From Vicugna vicugna (Eukaryota), in contig MU058531.1 of assembly GCA_013265495.1 (NCBI GenBank), forward strand, positions 1,984,911 to 2,048,910: a DNA stretch of 64,000 nt, read 5' to 3'. Below, in pieces: positions 28,444-40,973 of the stretch (within the stretch, counting starts at the first letter, position 1; each line of letters opens with the position of its first letter). Both the position numbers and the translations under genes were made by a program. The notes below the pieces were generated by a model, which was not told the DNA's origin, did not search any database, and worked only from the letters and a program-made list of their open reading frames with translations.

Positions 28444-31400
28444 AGGAAAGAAGGGATAGTTTTCATTAGTTCATCACTCTTCTTAAAACCCTCTTTCTCA
28501 TTTCCTAAAGGCATCCTCTCAAATGAACAGTCAGAAAAGTCATGCACAAGGTACAGTAAGAGACAATAGGTAATTATTAAAATATTACTCTGCTACAACC
28601 AAGAACTGTACTTTGAGATCTAAGAAGCCAAAAAATTAGTCTTACTTTTATTTAAATAAAGGTTCTGTGATCTGAGCAACACTGTAGAAGACATTTCTCA
28701 GGGTTTTCCAAAGAAAACTCAATTTGACTCTTCCTCTACCTTCCTTGACACTTTTATCATGGAGGGGAGGAAGGGGATTTTTAAAAATTTCCTACATCTT
28801 CCAGGCTGACCTAGTACAGGTAGAAACATGATTGGAAAACTGTTAAAGCTCTTTACTAAAACAGAAGTCTTATTACATCCTGAACTTCCTATTCTGTCAT
28901 TTCTGACACTAATCCTTTTTCCCCCTGAATCAAGAGGACAGTTGAATAAAGGGATTTCTTACTGAATACATTCATAAGATGAAATATTGCTGTGAATGTT
29001 ATTTTCACCACATTCACTTTAAGTACATCATGAATGTGATATTCAATTACAGTTTCTTTATATTATTCAGATATACAATTTTTGAAAGCCAACATAACTT
29101 AGAAGGATTATTTTTCTGTCTCCTTCAGGTGATTTCTGATAATGATGGAATATTTATCCTTTAATAACCACTACCTATATCTAAGACAAATACAAAATTT
29201 TGACAGCGTGCATTCAAAAGCTCTCAACAGCTAGCTGCAGTCTGGCCAGAAAGAAGTAAATACTGTAGGGATATAAAGGTTTACTTTATTACCCAGGCCA
29301 GACAGTAAGCACACCACTACCAGTGCCAGTGGAAAAATCATAGGAAACTGTTGAGCGGTTTCTAGTGTCAGGGATTTTATCTCTTCTTCACACCCACTCT
29401 ATGAAGTAGGTGCTTTATTTTAATGATGAAGACACTAAGGCTGTGAAGGGGCTAAACCAATTTATCTAGATCAATAGCCAACTAAAGGCAGAACCAGAAT
29501 TCAAACCCAGGTTTGAATGACAGCAGAGTCAGAAAGGCTGAGTTGAAATTTCATCTCCTATACAGAGAAAATAAAACGTCTGGAAGAATGTTAATAAAAA
29601 CGGTAATCTTTGTTATCTCTAGGAAGTCAATCTCAGGTGGTTTTTTCGCTTTCCTTTTTGTCTTTTTATGTACTACTTGAATTTTTTAACAATGAGCAAG
29701 AATGCATTTTTTTTCCTAAAGAAAACTGAACTCCGGAGACAAACACCAAAACAAATAAGAATATTAAAAAAAAAACCCAATGACTCTGTAACTTGAGTTT
29801 TGAGGACCTCAAAATAGTGTACCCATGTTCAAGTGCGAGAAGAGGATACTAAAGGTAGGAGGAAGAGCAGGATGGATAAAGGGAAGTGTTTCTGGACTGA
29901 CTCCTATAGAAGCCACGTGGTAGGTCCCTGGACTACCACGTTTCTCTTAATGCTCGATTCACCTAGATATTTACATCTTTTGATCCAAAGACCCTCTCTA
30001 TGAATTTACCTTAAGAAAAAGCTACGTGCAAGAACTCGTCTAAGACAACATTACTTACAATGAAGAAAAAGCTGGAAACAACCTAAGAGTCAAAAGTAAA
30101 GGTCTATCAATAAATTATGAAGACCAGATAAAAACATAGATAATGTCTATGTGGAACATTTTTAAAAAGGATACACCATCACAGTATTTCTTTTATTTTT
30201 TTAATTATCTTTTTATTATTATAATTTTCTCCATTTTTTAAAAAGTCAAAAATTACTTAAAATCTTTCCCTTAAAATGCTAGCATTATAATTATGTTTTT
30301 AGACATAATTAAGGATCAAACATATGATGCCCTATGTAAAAGCTTCCCAGCTGGAAAAGGGAAGCAGGAAGCTCAAACACCCTAACTAACCAGGGGACAA
30401 TAACATGGCGATGTAATTGACCATGGGAAGTAGTTCATTCATAGGAAATCAATGTAGGTGGTATGAAGTGGAAAGCTGCAACCACAGTGCAGTTGTAAAA
30501 ACGTACACGTTAAGTGTCTTCCAACTTATTAGGACACATTATAAGTACAATGCAGAAGGCTTTTACAGATGAAAACTCACATTTTCCAATGCAGTGGAGA
30601 AACGTATGCAGAGGTAGTTGGACATGCAATAAGGATAACACTAAGGATAATGTATTCCTTATTCTACTTGTGGTGGCCCCTTTTGTGAGGTATCCTCCTT
30701 ACATTTTGTCAGTGCTACGCTCAACAAGGCATAATAGCACGTGCTTAGTCAATATTTACAAAATTCTAGAAAACTATTTTACAGACTATAATCTAAGATC
30801 CTTCCATAATCTTTTATTGCTAGAAGAATAGAGACCAAGATAAAACAGGTATGCATAAGGAACAAGGGCTGAATATTTTAGAATAATTAGGAGAGCCTAA
30901 TAGCTGTTCACAATAGAGAAGGAAGATAAATTCAGCCTTAGAAGATACTAAAGACACAAGACTATATGAATATTTTTTTACACCATTCTCACGTCTAAGT
31001 GAAATCATCATGGACCTAATCTTTACTTAAGGAAGATGTGGTAACAGTGACTAAATTTAACAATGAATAAATCAGAGGTCTTTTTCCTACTTCTGGAGGC
31101 CTTAAAATACAGCTTTTCCTCAAATCTTTTATTTTCTTCATAGCCTGTTCACTACTTTCTTGTCACTGGAAATTGTGGAAAGCAGCAGAAAATCATGAGT
31201 GTGACAAGAAAATGATGAAACAGATTTCCGGTGTGGCAGAGGAAATGACTATGAGGTGTCCACAGTCAGTCATACCCTCTATGTAAGAGCCTGCAGTGAG
31301 CCAGAGGGGATCAAATTCCTCACCACTCTAGAGGATATAAGGGTCCATACAAGATGGGCATCCCTGTGGCTAACTCTTCACAGTTTTCAGATAGTTAGGC

Positions 31401-32138
31401 TCTTAACCCAAGCACAGTGGCTGTTTCCACTGAAAATTTCTAGTACAGTATTTCAAAATATCAGGGGCCCCTAAAAAGTCCTAGAACACATGAAAAGAAC
31501 TATCTGTAATCATGAATGTAGCATCAGCTTCTGTCCTGAATTTCCATGGACTCTAAAAATAGGAAGTCCTAACATTGCTGACCTTGGGACTTTCTGCCTT
31601 ATATTTAACCCAAAACCTGTTCTTGTGCTTAGTCTTGGAGAATGCAAAGGGCCACTGCCTGCTCTTAAAAGTCTGTGTAGTGATACTTTCTACACTAGGA
31701 AAGCGATTGTATTTTAGTGAAATGAAATCCTTTCCTATGAAGATTTCTGAAGTAGTCTTTAGAGAATGGTTGACTAAATCTCGTACTTCCTTGCTGTATA
31801 CTTGGATTTAAATGAATTATCCAGGTTCAGTTTAGGATTCCAAATGCACAAAGCCCAGGAAACTTGGCTTCTGGTCTCATGCGATAAACTGCAAACTCAG
31901 CTACCCAACACATGCTTCTGCCAGACATTATGATTAAAGCAATCAACCTTGATTATGGTAGGTAGCTGAACACAGGTTTAAAAAAATCAACTTTAAGTAC
32001 ATTCCACAATGCTTTACAGAGGCAAACAAAAACAAACAAACAAAAGAAACCAAGAATTAAAAAAAAAATCACAATTATTAAAAAGCTGATTTTTGCTTAA
32101 AACACCAAGCAAGGAATGGACATATGAATATTCCTAAC

Positions 32139-32298
32139 CTGCAAAATGATTCCTCCACATTATATCAGCGAAACTCATTGGTGGGCCACTGGGAGGGTAG
32201 TGTTTACCTTTCAGAGGCTCATGATCAGTCCTTATCATATCCATTAAGGAGTTCTCCAACGAGTGCAAGTTAAAAGTGTCATAGGGCCTACTCCGGTC
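32139..32298 (-). CDS. CPEB3: CPEB3 coding exon, 160 nt (DRSRPYDTFNLHSLENSLMDMIRTDHEPLKGKHYPPSGPPMSFADIMWRNHFA-G)
   Basis: Manual reverse-complement translation; acceptor tttttag|GACCGG at 32299/32298, donor GCAG|gttagg at 32139/32138. Continues the reading frame from the previous exon. Not in the ORF track. Confidence 0.95.
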
Positions 32299-35200
32299 CT
32301 AAAAATAAAAACACAGAGCAAGACGATACATAAAATTACTTCATAAAATTAATAACCATATCATTTGCTTCTTGCCATGGATTGATGACATGAACCAAAG
32401 TTCCAGATAGTTTTAATAACACAGCTATTCTTTTCATTAAGAATAATGACTTGGCAACATTACGTTTAATACAAGTTTCCATAATTAATTAAACTGCATC
32501 CTTTTCCCTAATAATTCTTTAATGTATATGCCCCACTACTCCAGACTGATTTTTCTCTCAAATGAACTAAAAAAGTAAATTCAAAAGGAAGAGTCAAGTG
32601 AACTGTCTTTGCCTTCCCTCCCTCCACCCCCTGCCTCTACTGCCAAATGAATATTCTATTCAAATAAACAGATTTTTTTCTAGAGGAAGACCATAACCAA
32701 GAACTCTTAATCTACAAACAGAATCACTTTCCTGAAAAGTCAAAAAGTGACTGCAGTTTCAATGTAATCTTATTGAGTATCTTTAATATTTATTACCTGT
32801 TAAGTTCCATATATTCGATTTATAAAAATTAAAATGTACCCAAGTACTAAAACTACTTTTTAAAAGCATTCACATGAAAAAACTTGAACCCACGGTTGTG
32901 TTTTTATGACGTCAGATACAAAAACATTTTGAAAACAGAGAGCTAACACAAACTAAGTGAAGAAAAAAATTGTTCTACTACATTTCAATACTCAAGCCCA
33001 TGGGAGACCATCACCTACAAATTATTTTATTTTCGTCTGAGCCTAAAAGGAAGTGTAGCTCATGGCCTAATTTAATACTACAGAAGAGGTTTAGTTTGCT
33101 TTTGTTAAAGAAAAGCCAGACAAACATAAACGTCAACAACCATACCAAATCAAACCACAGCGATGAGAGATTATTTTCCAGGGTTTTGAAGAGTTTATCT
33201 AGCCTGCAAATGATCACTTATCCTCTTCTATGAACAAAAGAATTAAAAAATGCCTGCTTAGATGAGCAAAAAGGGATACAACAGGTAGAAACCTCAGCTA
33301 CAGTGATCATTTTCTAGTTGGTCTTAAACTCTTGGGAAGCTGTTTCCTTCTGGCTTCTGGAAAGTATGGCTGTACGCCTATCCAGGGAGGTAGAAAGGAA
33401 GGTGGCAGTTTCTCAGCACTAGCATAAAGGAGGAACCCAGAAGGTTACTGAGTGAATGAATGCAGTAAGTTTGGATGCAGGTCTTAAGATGAGCCCTGAA
33501 CTGAGAACCAGAAGGAAAAGTGCTAGAACAACTACAAGCAGTCGGTGGATCTGGGGTACGCCACGATCTACTTCTCCACCTGCACCTGAAACTCCTCCCT
33601 TTATACAAATCAGAGGATTGAGCTAGATTATTTACAATATCCATTACAACTCTATACTTTTTTTTTTAACTGATAGATGACAAGAAAGGGTGGAGGGCAT
33701 AGATGTTTTCAAGTGCTACAGAGAGAAATTCCATCTTTACAAACCTTTAATGCACACATCATGAGCCAACTCCCTGCTAGGACCTGGTGATTCAGAGATG
33801 AACACTGTAACCTAGTCCCTGTTTGCAAGTAACTCGTAGAGGGAAATACAACCAATTAAAATAAGAGTGTAGGTGTTTTGACAAAGGAAAGTGTGCAGTA
33901 CGATGAAAACTAAGTCACATCTAAAAGAACGTCTATCTGTGTGTGTATTGTAATTTTTAAAAAAATCACACTCTGTAAAGTCCTAAGTGTCTTGAATCTG
34001 GACATTCTCAATGTCCTCTGTATTCTCATTGGTACAACAGAATCTTACCTGTAAGGATTAGGGTGAAATTACTTATGTATTCATTTTACTCACATTGTGT
34101 TTGCCAAAGATCAAGTATTCAAAAATGTCTATCTTTACTGCCACCCCCACTCTTTTCTACCTCTACTCCATTTTTTTCCTTTTGAACACTCAGCAGTTTT
34201 CTGTCTCCATGGTTGGATAAGAAAGAGACAGAATATTTTCTTTGGTTCTCCATTTTGGTCTCTATATCATTTAAGAAGGTTTTTTCTTCTGCCTTTAGGG
34301 TCTTGCTGCAGATCAACTGTTGTGCTTTGGGGTCAAGTTACCAGTGGAAACTCCAATTACTTACGGAGTAACGCTGAGTTTCTAGAAATGCAGGCTAATC
34401 AGTACCCATAAGAGGTATCACATTCTTTGCCCAAAGAAAAAGCCAGAGGTTAAAAAAAAGTGTGCTGATGGGTAGACAAAACGACAGCCTGTTCCTGACA
34501 CTGACAATCCCAGAATGAATGTCAAGGAACCTTCTATCATACAGGCCCACACTTCTCACTAGAACTGGTAGACATGGGACTGTTTCCAAAACAGGCTGAG
34601 GAGGTGAAGGAACTGTAAGAAATGGCTGTTTGAAGGCATTCTAAAACCTTTCCAGCCAGAACAGGTTTGTTTTTTTTCCCTCCATTTAATTCTTGTTATT
34701 CTTCTTCAAGGTAGATAACAACATATACTCATTTTACACGAGGAAGGTAAGCATCAGAGAACATTCAAACCTGGATCTGACCTCCAAGCCAGTACCTAAG
34801 GTGTGTAAAAATCTATCCAAAGAAGTTGATCCAAACCATATGGGGCAGTACATGAAAGCTCTATAGAAGCATAATAGCATTGCATCTAATTACCAACGAA
34901 ATGACCTTGCTGGCGAGGTGGTAGTGAGTTCCTGTCAGAAGACGATCAGATGTTAGATGACTACCTGTCAGGAAAATTGGAAGGGGATTCGTGTATCTGA
35001 AGTGGTCCCCAAACCTGCTAGAGTGTTAAAATCATATGTTGTCAAATGGTTAAAATTCAGGTTCCCAGGCTCCAGCTAAAATCAACTTACTCATAATTTA
35101 AAAAAAAAAATAAGAGTCTCAGGTGATTCTTATGACTGGCTAGATTTGGGAGCCACTAGACTGGATGATTCTTCCAGTTAAGGCTTTCCACCCATGAATC

Positions 35201-38200
35201 TGATCAGTAAAATGGGACAATAAAGTGAGGGTCTAAACAGCAGCAGGAAATAAACAAGCCTGGCTACTTTGCCAAGGGTCACCTTTGCAGTCTTCAAGCT
35301 GATTGTGGGTGAGAGAAGCAGTTGGTGTCCTTGTTTTAAAAGCACGAACTTTGAAATTAGACCTCTGATTTTCAAATTCTGGCTCTGCCACTTGCTGGCA
35401 TGTCCCTCTGAACAAGTTTCTAAGCCTTGGTTATCTACATCTATAAAATGGGAGTGATAATAATTTTCTTCTTACGGTTCATTTCACTACTAAATGACAA
35501 TGTACATGGCACCTGGCTACTGGAATATTATGGAGAACACAAAGAGATTTCTGTGATGCTGCCTCAGGGTATTGCAACATAGATTTTAAAACCTAGAGGT
35601 TCACAGATGCTAACCTAACAGGGTTCATTAGTGCTTGACAGATGAAAACATGTGAAATGCACAACAGAATTTGCACAGGCTTCTTAACTGAACAAAATTC
35701 AGTGCTGAGAGATTTATTTTCTCACTAAAATTAATTCTATCCATGCCTCATCAATTTATATTTGCATACAATTCACCCTTTCTTTTGTTTAATAAGTAGT
35801 AAATGTTGCTGAAATGTGATTAACCAGGAAGTCTGTAAGAAACAACAAAAAGGATAGAAAAACCAAAAAATCTGCAGTGAAACTCAACGGACATTATGCA
35901 TAGAGAAAACAAGAGCACAATTTACCACTTAACCTCAAAGGTTTCAAGTGGCAACTAGTCTTTGAAAGCCTTTTTTTTCGTAAGTTTTATTTCCAGACAA
36001 AGGGAATAACAAGTAAGGAAAACATCTTTTTGAGTTTGTTTTTACCAAGCAAACACATCAGGAAGTATTAGGACACTTATAAATAATGTATCTTTTCCTC
36101 TGGAGATAACCAAGGAGAGATGTTATCAGTTAGTGCACACAGAGGCAGCCCACTCCCAATACTCAGTTCATCAGCCCTGCTCCCCTTCTTCCCCTAGCTT
36201 GACCTAATATTAATAAACTTATTGAGGACTTAATACGTGCCTGGCACTGTTCTAAGCATGCTAATGCATTCCCTCACAACTCTATGAGGTAGGTAACTTT
36301 TATCCCCATTTTATAAATTAAGCAGTTAAATCTTGGACTGATGAAATAACTGGCTCAAGGTTACAGGGCTAAGAGTCACAGCCAGGATTCAAACCATCAA
36401 ATCCAGATTGCTCTTAAGGACTCTCACTGTTTTGCTTCCTTGACTGCCTCTTACTTCCTCCACCTTAAATCCTTTTCACAAACACCCTCTTCAACCTAAT
36501 CCTAACACAATCAGAGAGAGGGCTCTTTGATCCCACCCAGCCACACAGGCAAGCCAGCCCTCTTGGTCAGTCATCCTTGTTCTACTGACAATTAGTTAAA
36601 TTCAACAAGTAGCTTGATCTACCCTCCAGCATAACCCCAGGCCTGCCTCTCCCAGCACTATCTCATTTACCTGCCTTTTTTCTTTTCTACCCTTTCTGGC
36701 TTATCCTCAGATATTTCCTCTTCTAGAGATACAAGGTAGAAGGCTGCCAGGGGCCAAGAGCATCTGAAAAAAAAAAACCAGCTCTGGAACCAAATAATAC
36801 AATTAATGATGGTTATGTAACTGCTCAAAGTCACAAAGCTGGTCAGAAATCTGTGACTTTTAAATCCACACCAGTAACTTCCCAATGTTCTATACTGATT
36901 AGTTCCCGCGTGTGCCATGAACAATGGGGGCTTGGTTAAAACAAAGGGGCACAGACAGGATCAAAAATCAAAAGGTGGGTAGATGTTTGAAAGGGCTAAC
37001 AAAGGATAAATGGGATAATGAAATGATACAGAAAAAAAAAAAAGAGGAGGAACTCCTAAAAGAAGGTCTTTCTATTTATCACATGGCTTCAACATATGTA
37101 TGGATAAAACATTTCAAAGTTAAACACATTCAACACATAATAGAGGATTAACCCACAAAACTAGCCATTTCTGAATTACTACCCACCTGTTTTTATTTTC
37201 TAACTAGTTTACATTATTTGAAACTCTCTCAGCTCCCTGTATATACTATAAAAATTGTTTAAGGGTAATGAATATGCTTTACCTATTTTTGAATGGATAT
37301 TTAATTACATAATTGAAATGAACTTATTCTTCTCAAACACATACATACAGAGAATACTACAGGAAAAGCAAAAATCTCCAATCCTTCCATCTTCTTGAAC
37401 TCTCTTCAGACCACTACATACGTTTGGCATGCCTGCTAACACATACACACATGCCTCCTACAAAGTAAATGCATAGTGACTATTAAAAGAATCAAGTAAT
37501 CATTCCAGTGTACATTCTCTAAGATAACTTCTGATTTTGAGGTTTCTTTCCTATCCCCTAATTTTCTCAAAATTTCTGTTCTGGCCCTTTGACTGCCTCT
37601 CTTCTATGCTTGGCCGACTTTGGCACAATGGTTTTCTGACCCCTGGTTTCCATGAAGGACGTCACTACTAAGGAAATGTAAGGATCTAAGGAACTTGACA
37701 TCCCTGAGTAAAAACCAAAGAGGCAATACATCCAAAAGATCAACACATAGTGATTTAAAGCACAGAATCTGCTTAAGAGAACTATAAAGAACAGAACATT
37801 TAATAATGAATATTCGATAGGGACAGGAAATAATTAGATGAGTAGTAACATAAAATTTCTGTGTCATCAAGTAGAAGTCTAGGAATTTGTAGTTCTAAAC
37901 CAATTTACTGCTGTGATTTGTCAGCACCTATGAGGTTCCTTTATCAAACTGAACTTTACGATAGTACCCTATAGTACTTACAGTACCAAGGAGCTTGACA
38001 AACATTTGCCCTTAGATTAAAACCTTTCCCGAATAAAGGAAAACTAATGTCACTAACCTGAGGGGAAAAGAAAAAATAACTTTTCAAATGCAGATTTTCA
38101 TCCCATCTTTAGTAGGTATGAAGTCCTCAGACAACAGTAGATTTTAACCACCTGAAATGAAACTATGGAAGGTGCAGCCCTTCGGAAAACGTGATTCTAG

Positions 38201-39519
38201 ACTCTCTCCTTCAGTCACTCAAAAGCAAGCAAATGCTCCTTATATCTAACCTAAAGTCTTACAATGTTGAAACCTCTCTCACTTTTCTTAGAAAAACATA
38301 ATTGATCAGCACCTGCTATGAATTTTAATATGATTTAACACGATTGTTAAACCCAGTCTTCCATGCAAGAAATTCTCAAGAACCCTCAACCTAGCCTGGA
38401 ATAGGATTAGGATCCATAAAGAAATGACTGCTTTCTCATCTTTTTCTTCTTGAGGATGACTAATTCTAATCACTATAAACTCCTTGTCAGACCATACTAT
38501 ACCTTGCTGCATGACAGCAAACCACGCTAAGGTTCTCAAGAAGTTTTTTAAAAAGCAAAAGGAAGTTTGACCTGCTCTGAGAGATGCTCAAACATTAGTT
38601 GAGCATGACCACTTGAGGCACAATCCAGTCATTTCCTCCTAGTCTCCTCCTGCTCCCTCCCTGCTCCCATCTCCAATCTTCCTTCACAGCTCTTCTCACT
38701 GGTTTGCCACACAGGTCAGATAAGAGGCCCAGTTTATCAAACATAGGGAAACATGGCTCTTGAAATCTTATTTACCTGAAATGACCTTCATATGGAGGCC
38801 AGATCTAAGCTCGGTGAAATGCTGAAGGGTCACCTGGACAAAAAGTGCAAATGCCTATTACTCCCACTTCTGTGGTAAACAATCCAGACCTAAGTACATA
38901 TGCACTTTAAAAAGGAGTGATTATGCAGTTTAGCAACATGCTAAGTAAAAGGCAGAAACCCAGACCTAGGAAGGACACAGCAAGGGAAAGCAGCAAGCAC
39001 AGTGGTCAAAAGTCGAAAGAGCAAGCATCAAGGAACTACAAAAATTAAAGTTGCCCCTTCCCCTGGTTATTGTGCACATGTGACTAGCTGGTGGAGCCCA
39101 AATCACTGGGTTGTTAGCCAGCAGAATATTATCCCAAGTAGCTTAACAAGCATTGATAATTAGACATGATGATACAGGAGGAATAAGATCTTTGCAACCA
39201 AAACCTGTCTTAGAACATGCAAGGTACGTGTAGCTCCTCATATTATTTTCTTTTTACTGATCATAAATGTCAAAATCCTTCCACAAAACTGACCATTTCT
39301 AGGTATAGTTGGACTCTCCTTCCCCAACCCAGGTAATTAGCACTGATGCTTGTCATCTTCAATAAACGGTGTAACTTCCACGGGGGCAGAGATGTATCTT
39401 ATTTCCCCATATTCCTAACACTCAGTAGAGGGCCTGGCACATAATAAGCATTCAGTAAATGCTTGCTTTGTATTTAAATCATCCTCCTGGTGGATGGTTT
39501 CATATTGCAAGATTTTCAT

Positions 39520-40284
39520 TTAAAACTAACAAAGAACTACACACCTATTAGAAAGGCTGAAAAAAAAGAAAGAAAGAAAACCTCTGACAATTTCAAATGT
39601 TGACTAAAACATGGAACTTCCAGAACTCTTATAAATTGCTGATGGAAATGCAAAAATGGTACTGCCACTTTAGAAAAACAATTTGTTAATTATAAAGTTA
39701 AATTACACTTAACAATACAACCTAGCAATCCTAAGGTAAATAAAAAACATGTCTATAAAAATACATGTGCATAAATGATTATAACAACTTTATAAAATAA
39801 TTTTATTCATAATTTCCCAAAACTGGAAACTACCCAAATACCCATCAACTGGTGAATGGATTAACAAATCATGGTATATCTGTGCAATGGAATATTATTC
39901 AGCAATAAAAAATGAAATACTGATGTGCTATAACATGGATGAATCTTAAAAACACTATGATAAGTGGAAGAAGTCGGTCACAATGAATCACTTGTTGTAT
40001 AACTCTAATCATATGAGATGTCCAGAACAGGCAAGTTATCCAGAGACACACAGCAGACTAGCCATAACCCAGGGTTAATCAGAGTCAGGAGGGAAATGAG
40101 GATCAACTGCTAGTGAGTATGGGGTTTCTTCTTAGGATGATGAAAATGTTCTAAAATTAGATAGTGATGACTGGCACAGAATTTTCTAAATATCCTAAAA
40201 CCCACTGCATTGTATATTTTAAAAGGGTGAATAAATTCCATGGTATGTGAATTATATCTCAATAAAGCTATTATTAAAAAAAAA
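39520..40284 (+). mobile_element. Old L1 3' end (L1M-type)
   Basis: aactggaaactacccaaatacccatcaactggtgaatggat...atggaatattattcagcaataaaaa...gatgaaaatgttctaaaattagatagtg...caataaagct plus poly(A). Confidence 0.8.
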
Positions 40285-40904
40285 TCTTTTCTAAGGCTTT
40301 AATAGGAACCATGACACTACCTGCAAATCATCTACTTTAGTTATAGGACATAAGACCTAAAACCTTCTTGAGCTATGACTGAAAGGCAAAGTCTTGACTC
40401 CAGCTGTTCCATTCAGGAGCCACTGAAGGACCCAGATAATTAAACCTAAATCACATAGCAATAAAGTTCAAAAGGCAACCCTACTGCCAGCCAAATAACT
40501 AATGCCATCCACTGTCACAATATGTATCATTTACATTTCCAAGGATGTCTTTAATGGTCCTCTAAAAACCGACAAGCAGTTATTAGCCATATTACCCACA
40601 AACAGCATCTTTTCATGTCTCCTGTTGTTTCTGATGAGTTTTTTCCATCCCAGAGATTCCTGTCTTACAGGAATATACTGTGTTCTTCAGAGACCCAGCT
40701 CATCCCATTTGTAACTTTTGCGTTTTAGACACTTTAATGTGTTCATCTTAATGAACTGGAGAATGATATGCTCCAGTGTCTCCCTAGAAGCACTACTCAT
40801 CATAAAAGACACCTATGTCCATAAACACCAAGGTCTGCCCTGGTGTTTCAGGTTGTTTGACTTCAACAAACTTCAACTCAACTTCATTGGTTAGGTGAGG
40901 TGAC

Positions 40905-40973
40905 ACAGCAGAATTCGCAGATTCACCAGAATCTGACAGGGGCCGCGACGTGAACGCTTCTGCTGTGGCCCCC
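40905..40973 (-). ncRNA. CPEB3 ribozyme (HDV-like self-cleaving, nested double pseudoknot)
   Basis: Minus strand GGGGGCCACAGCAGAAGCGUUCACGUCGCGGCCCCUGUCAGAUUCUGGUGAAUCUGCGAAUUCUGCUGU folds by hand into P1 (GGGGGCC/GGCCCCU), P2 (ACAGCAGAA/UUCUGCUGU), P3 (GCG/CGC), P1.1 (C22-G37), P4 (CAGAUUC/GAAUCUG, UGGU loop) and J4/2 CGAA with catalytic C57 (40917). It lies in the expected CPEB3 intron, sense to the pre-mRNA. Confidence 0.97.
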
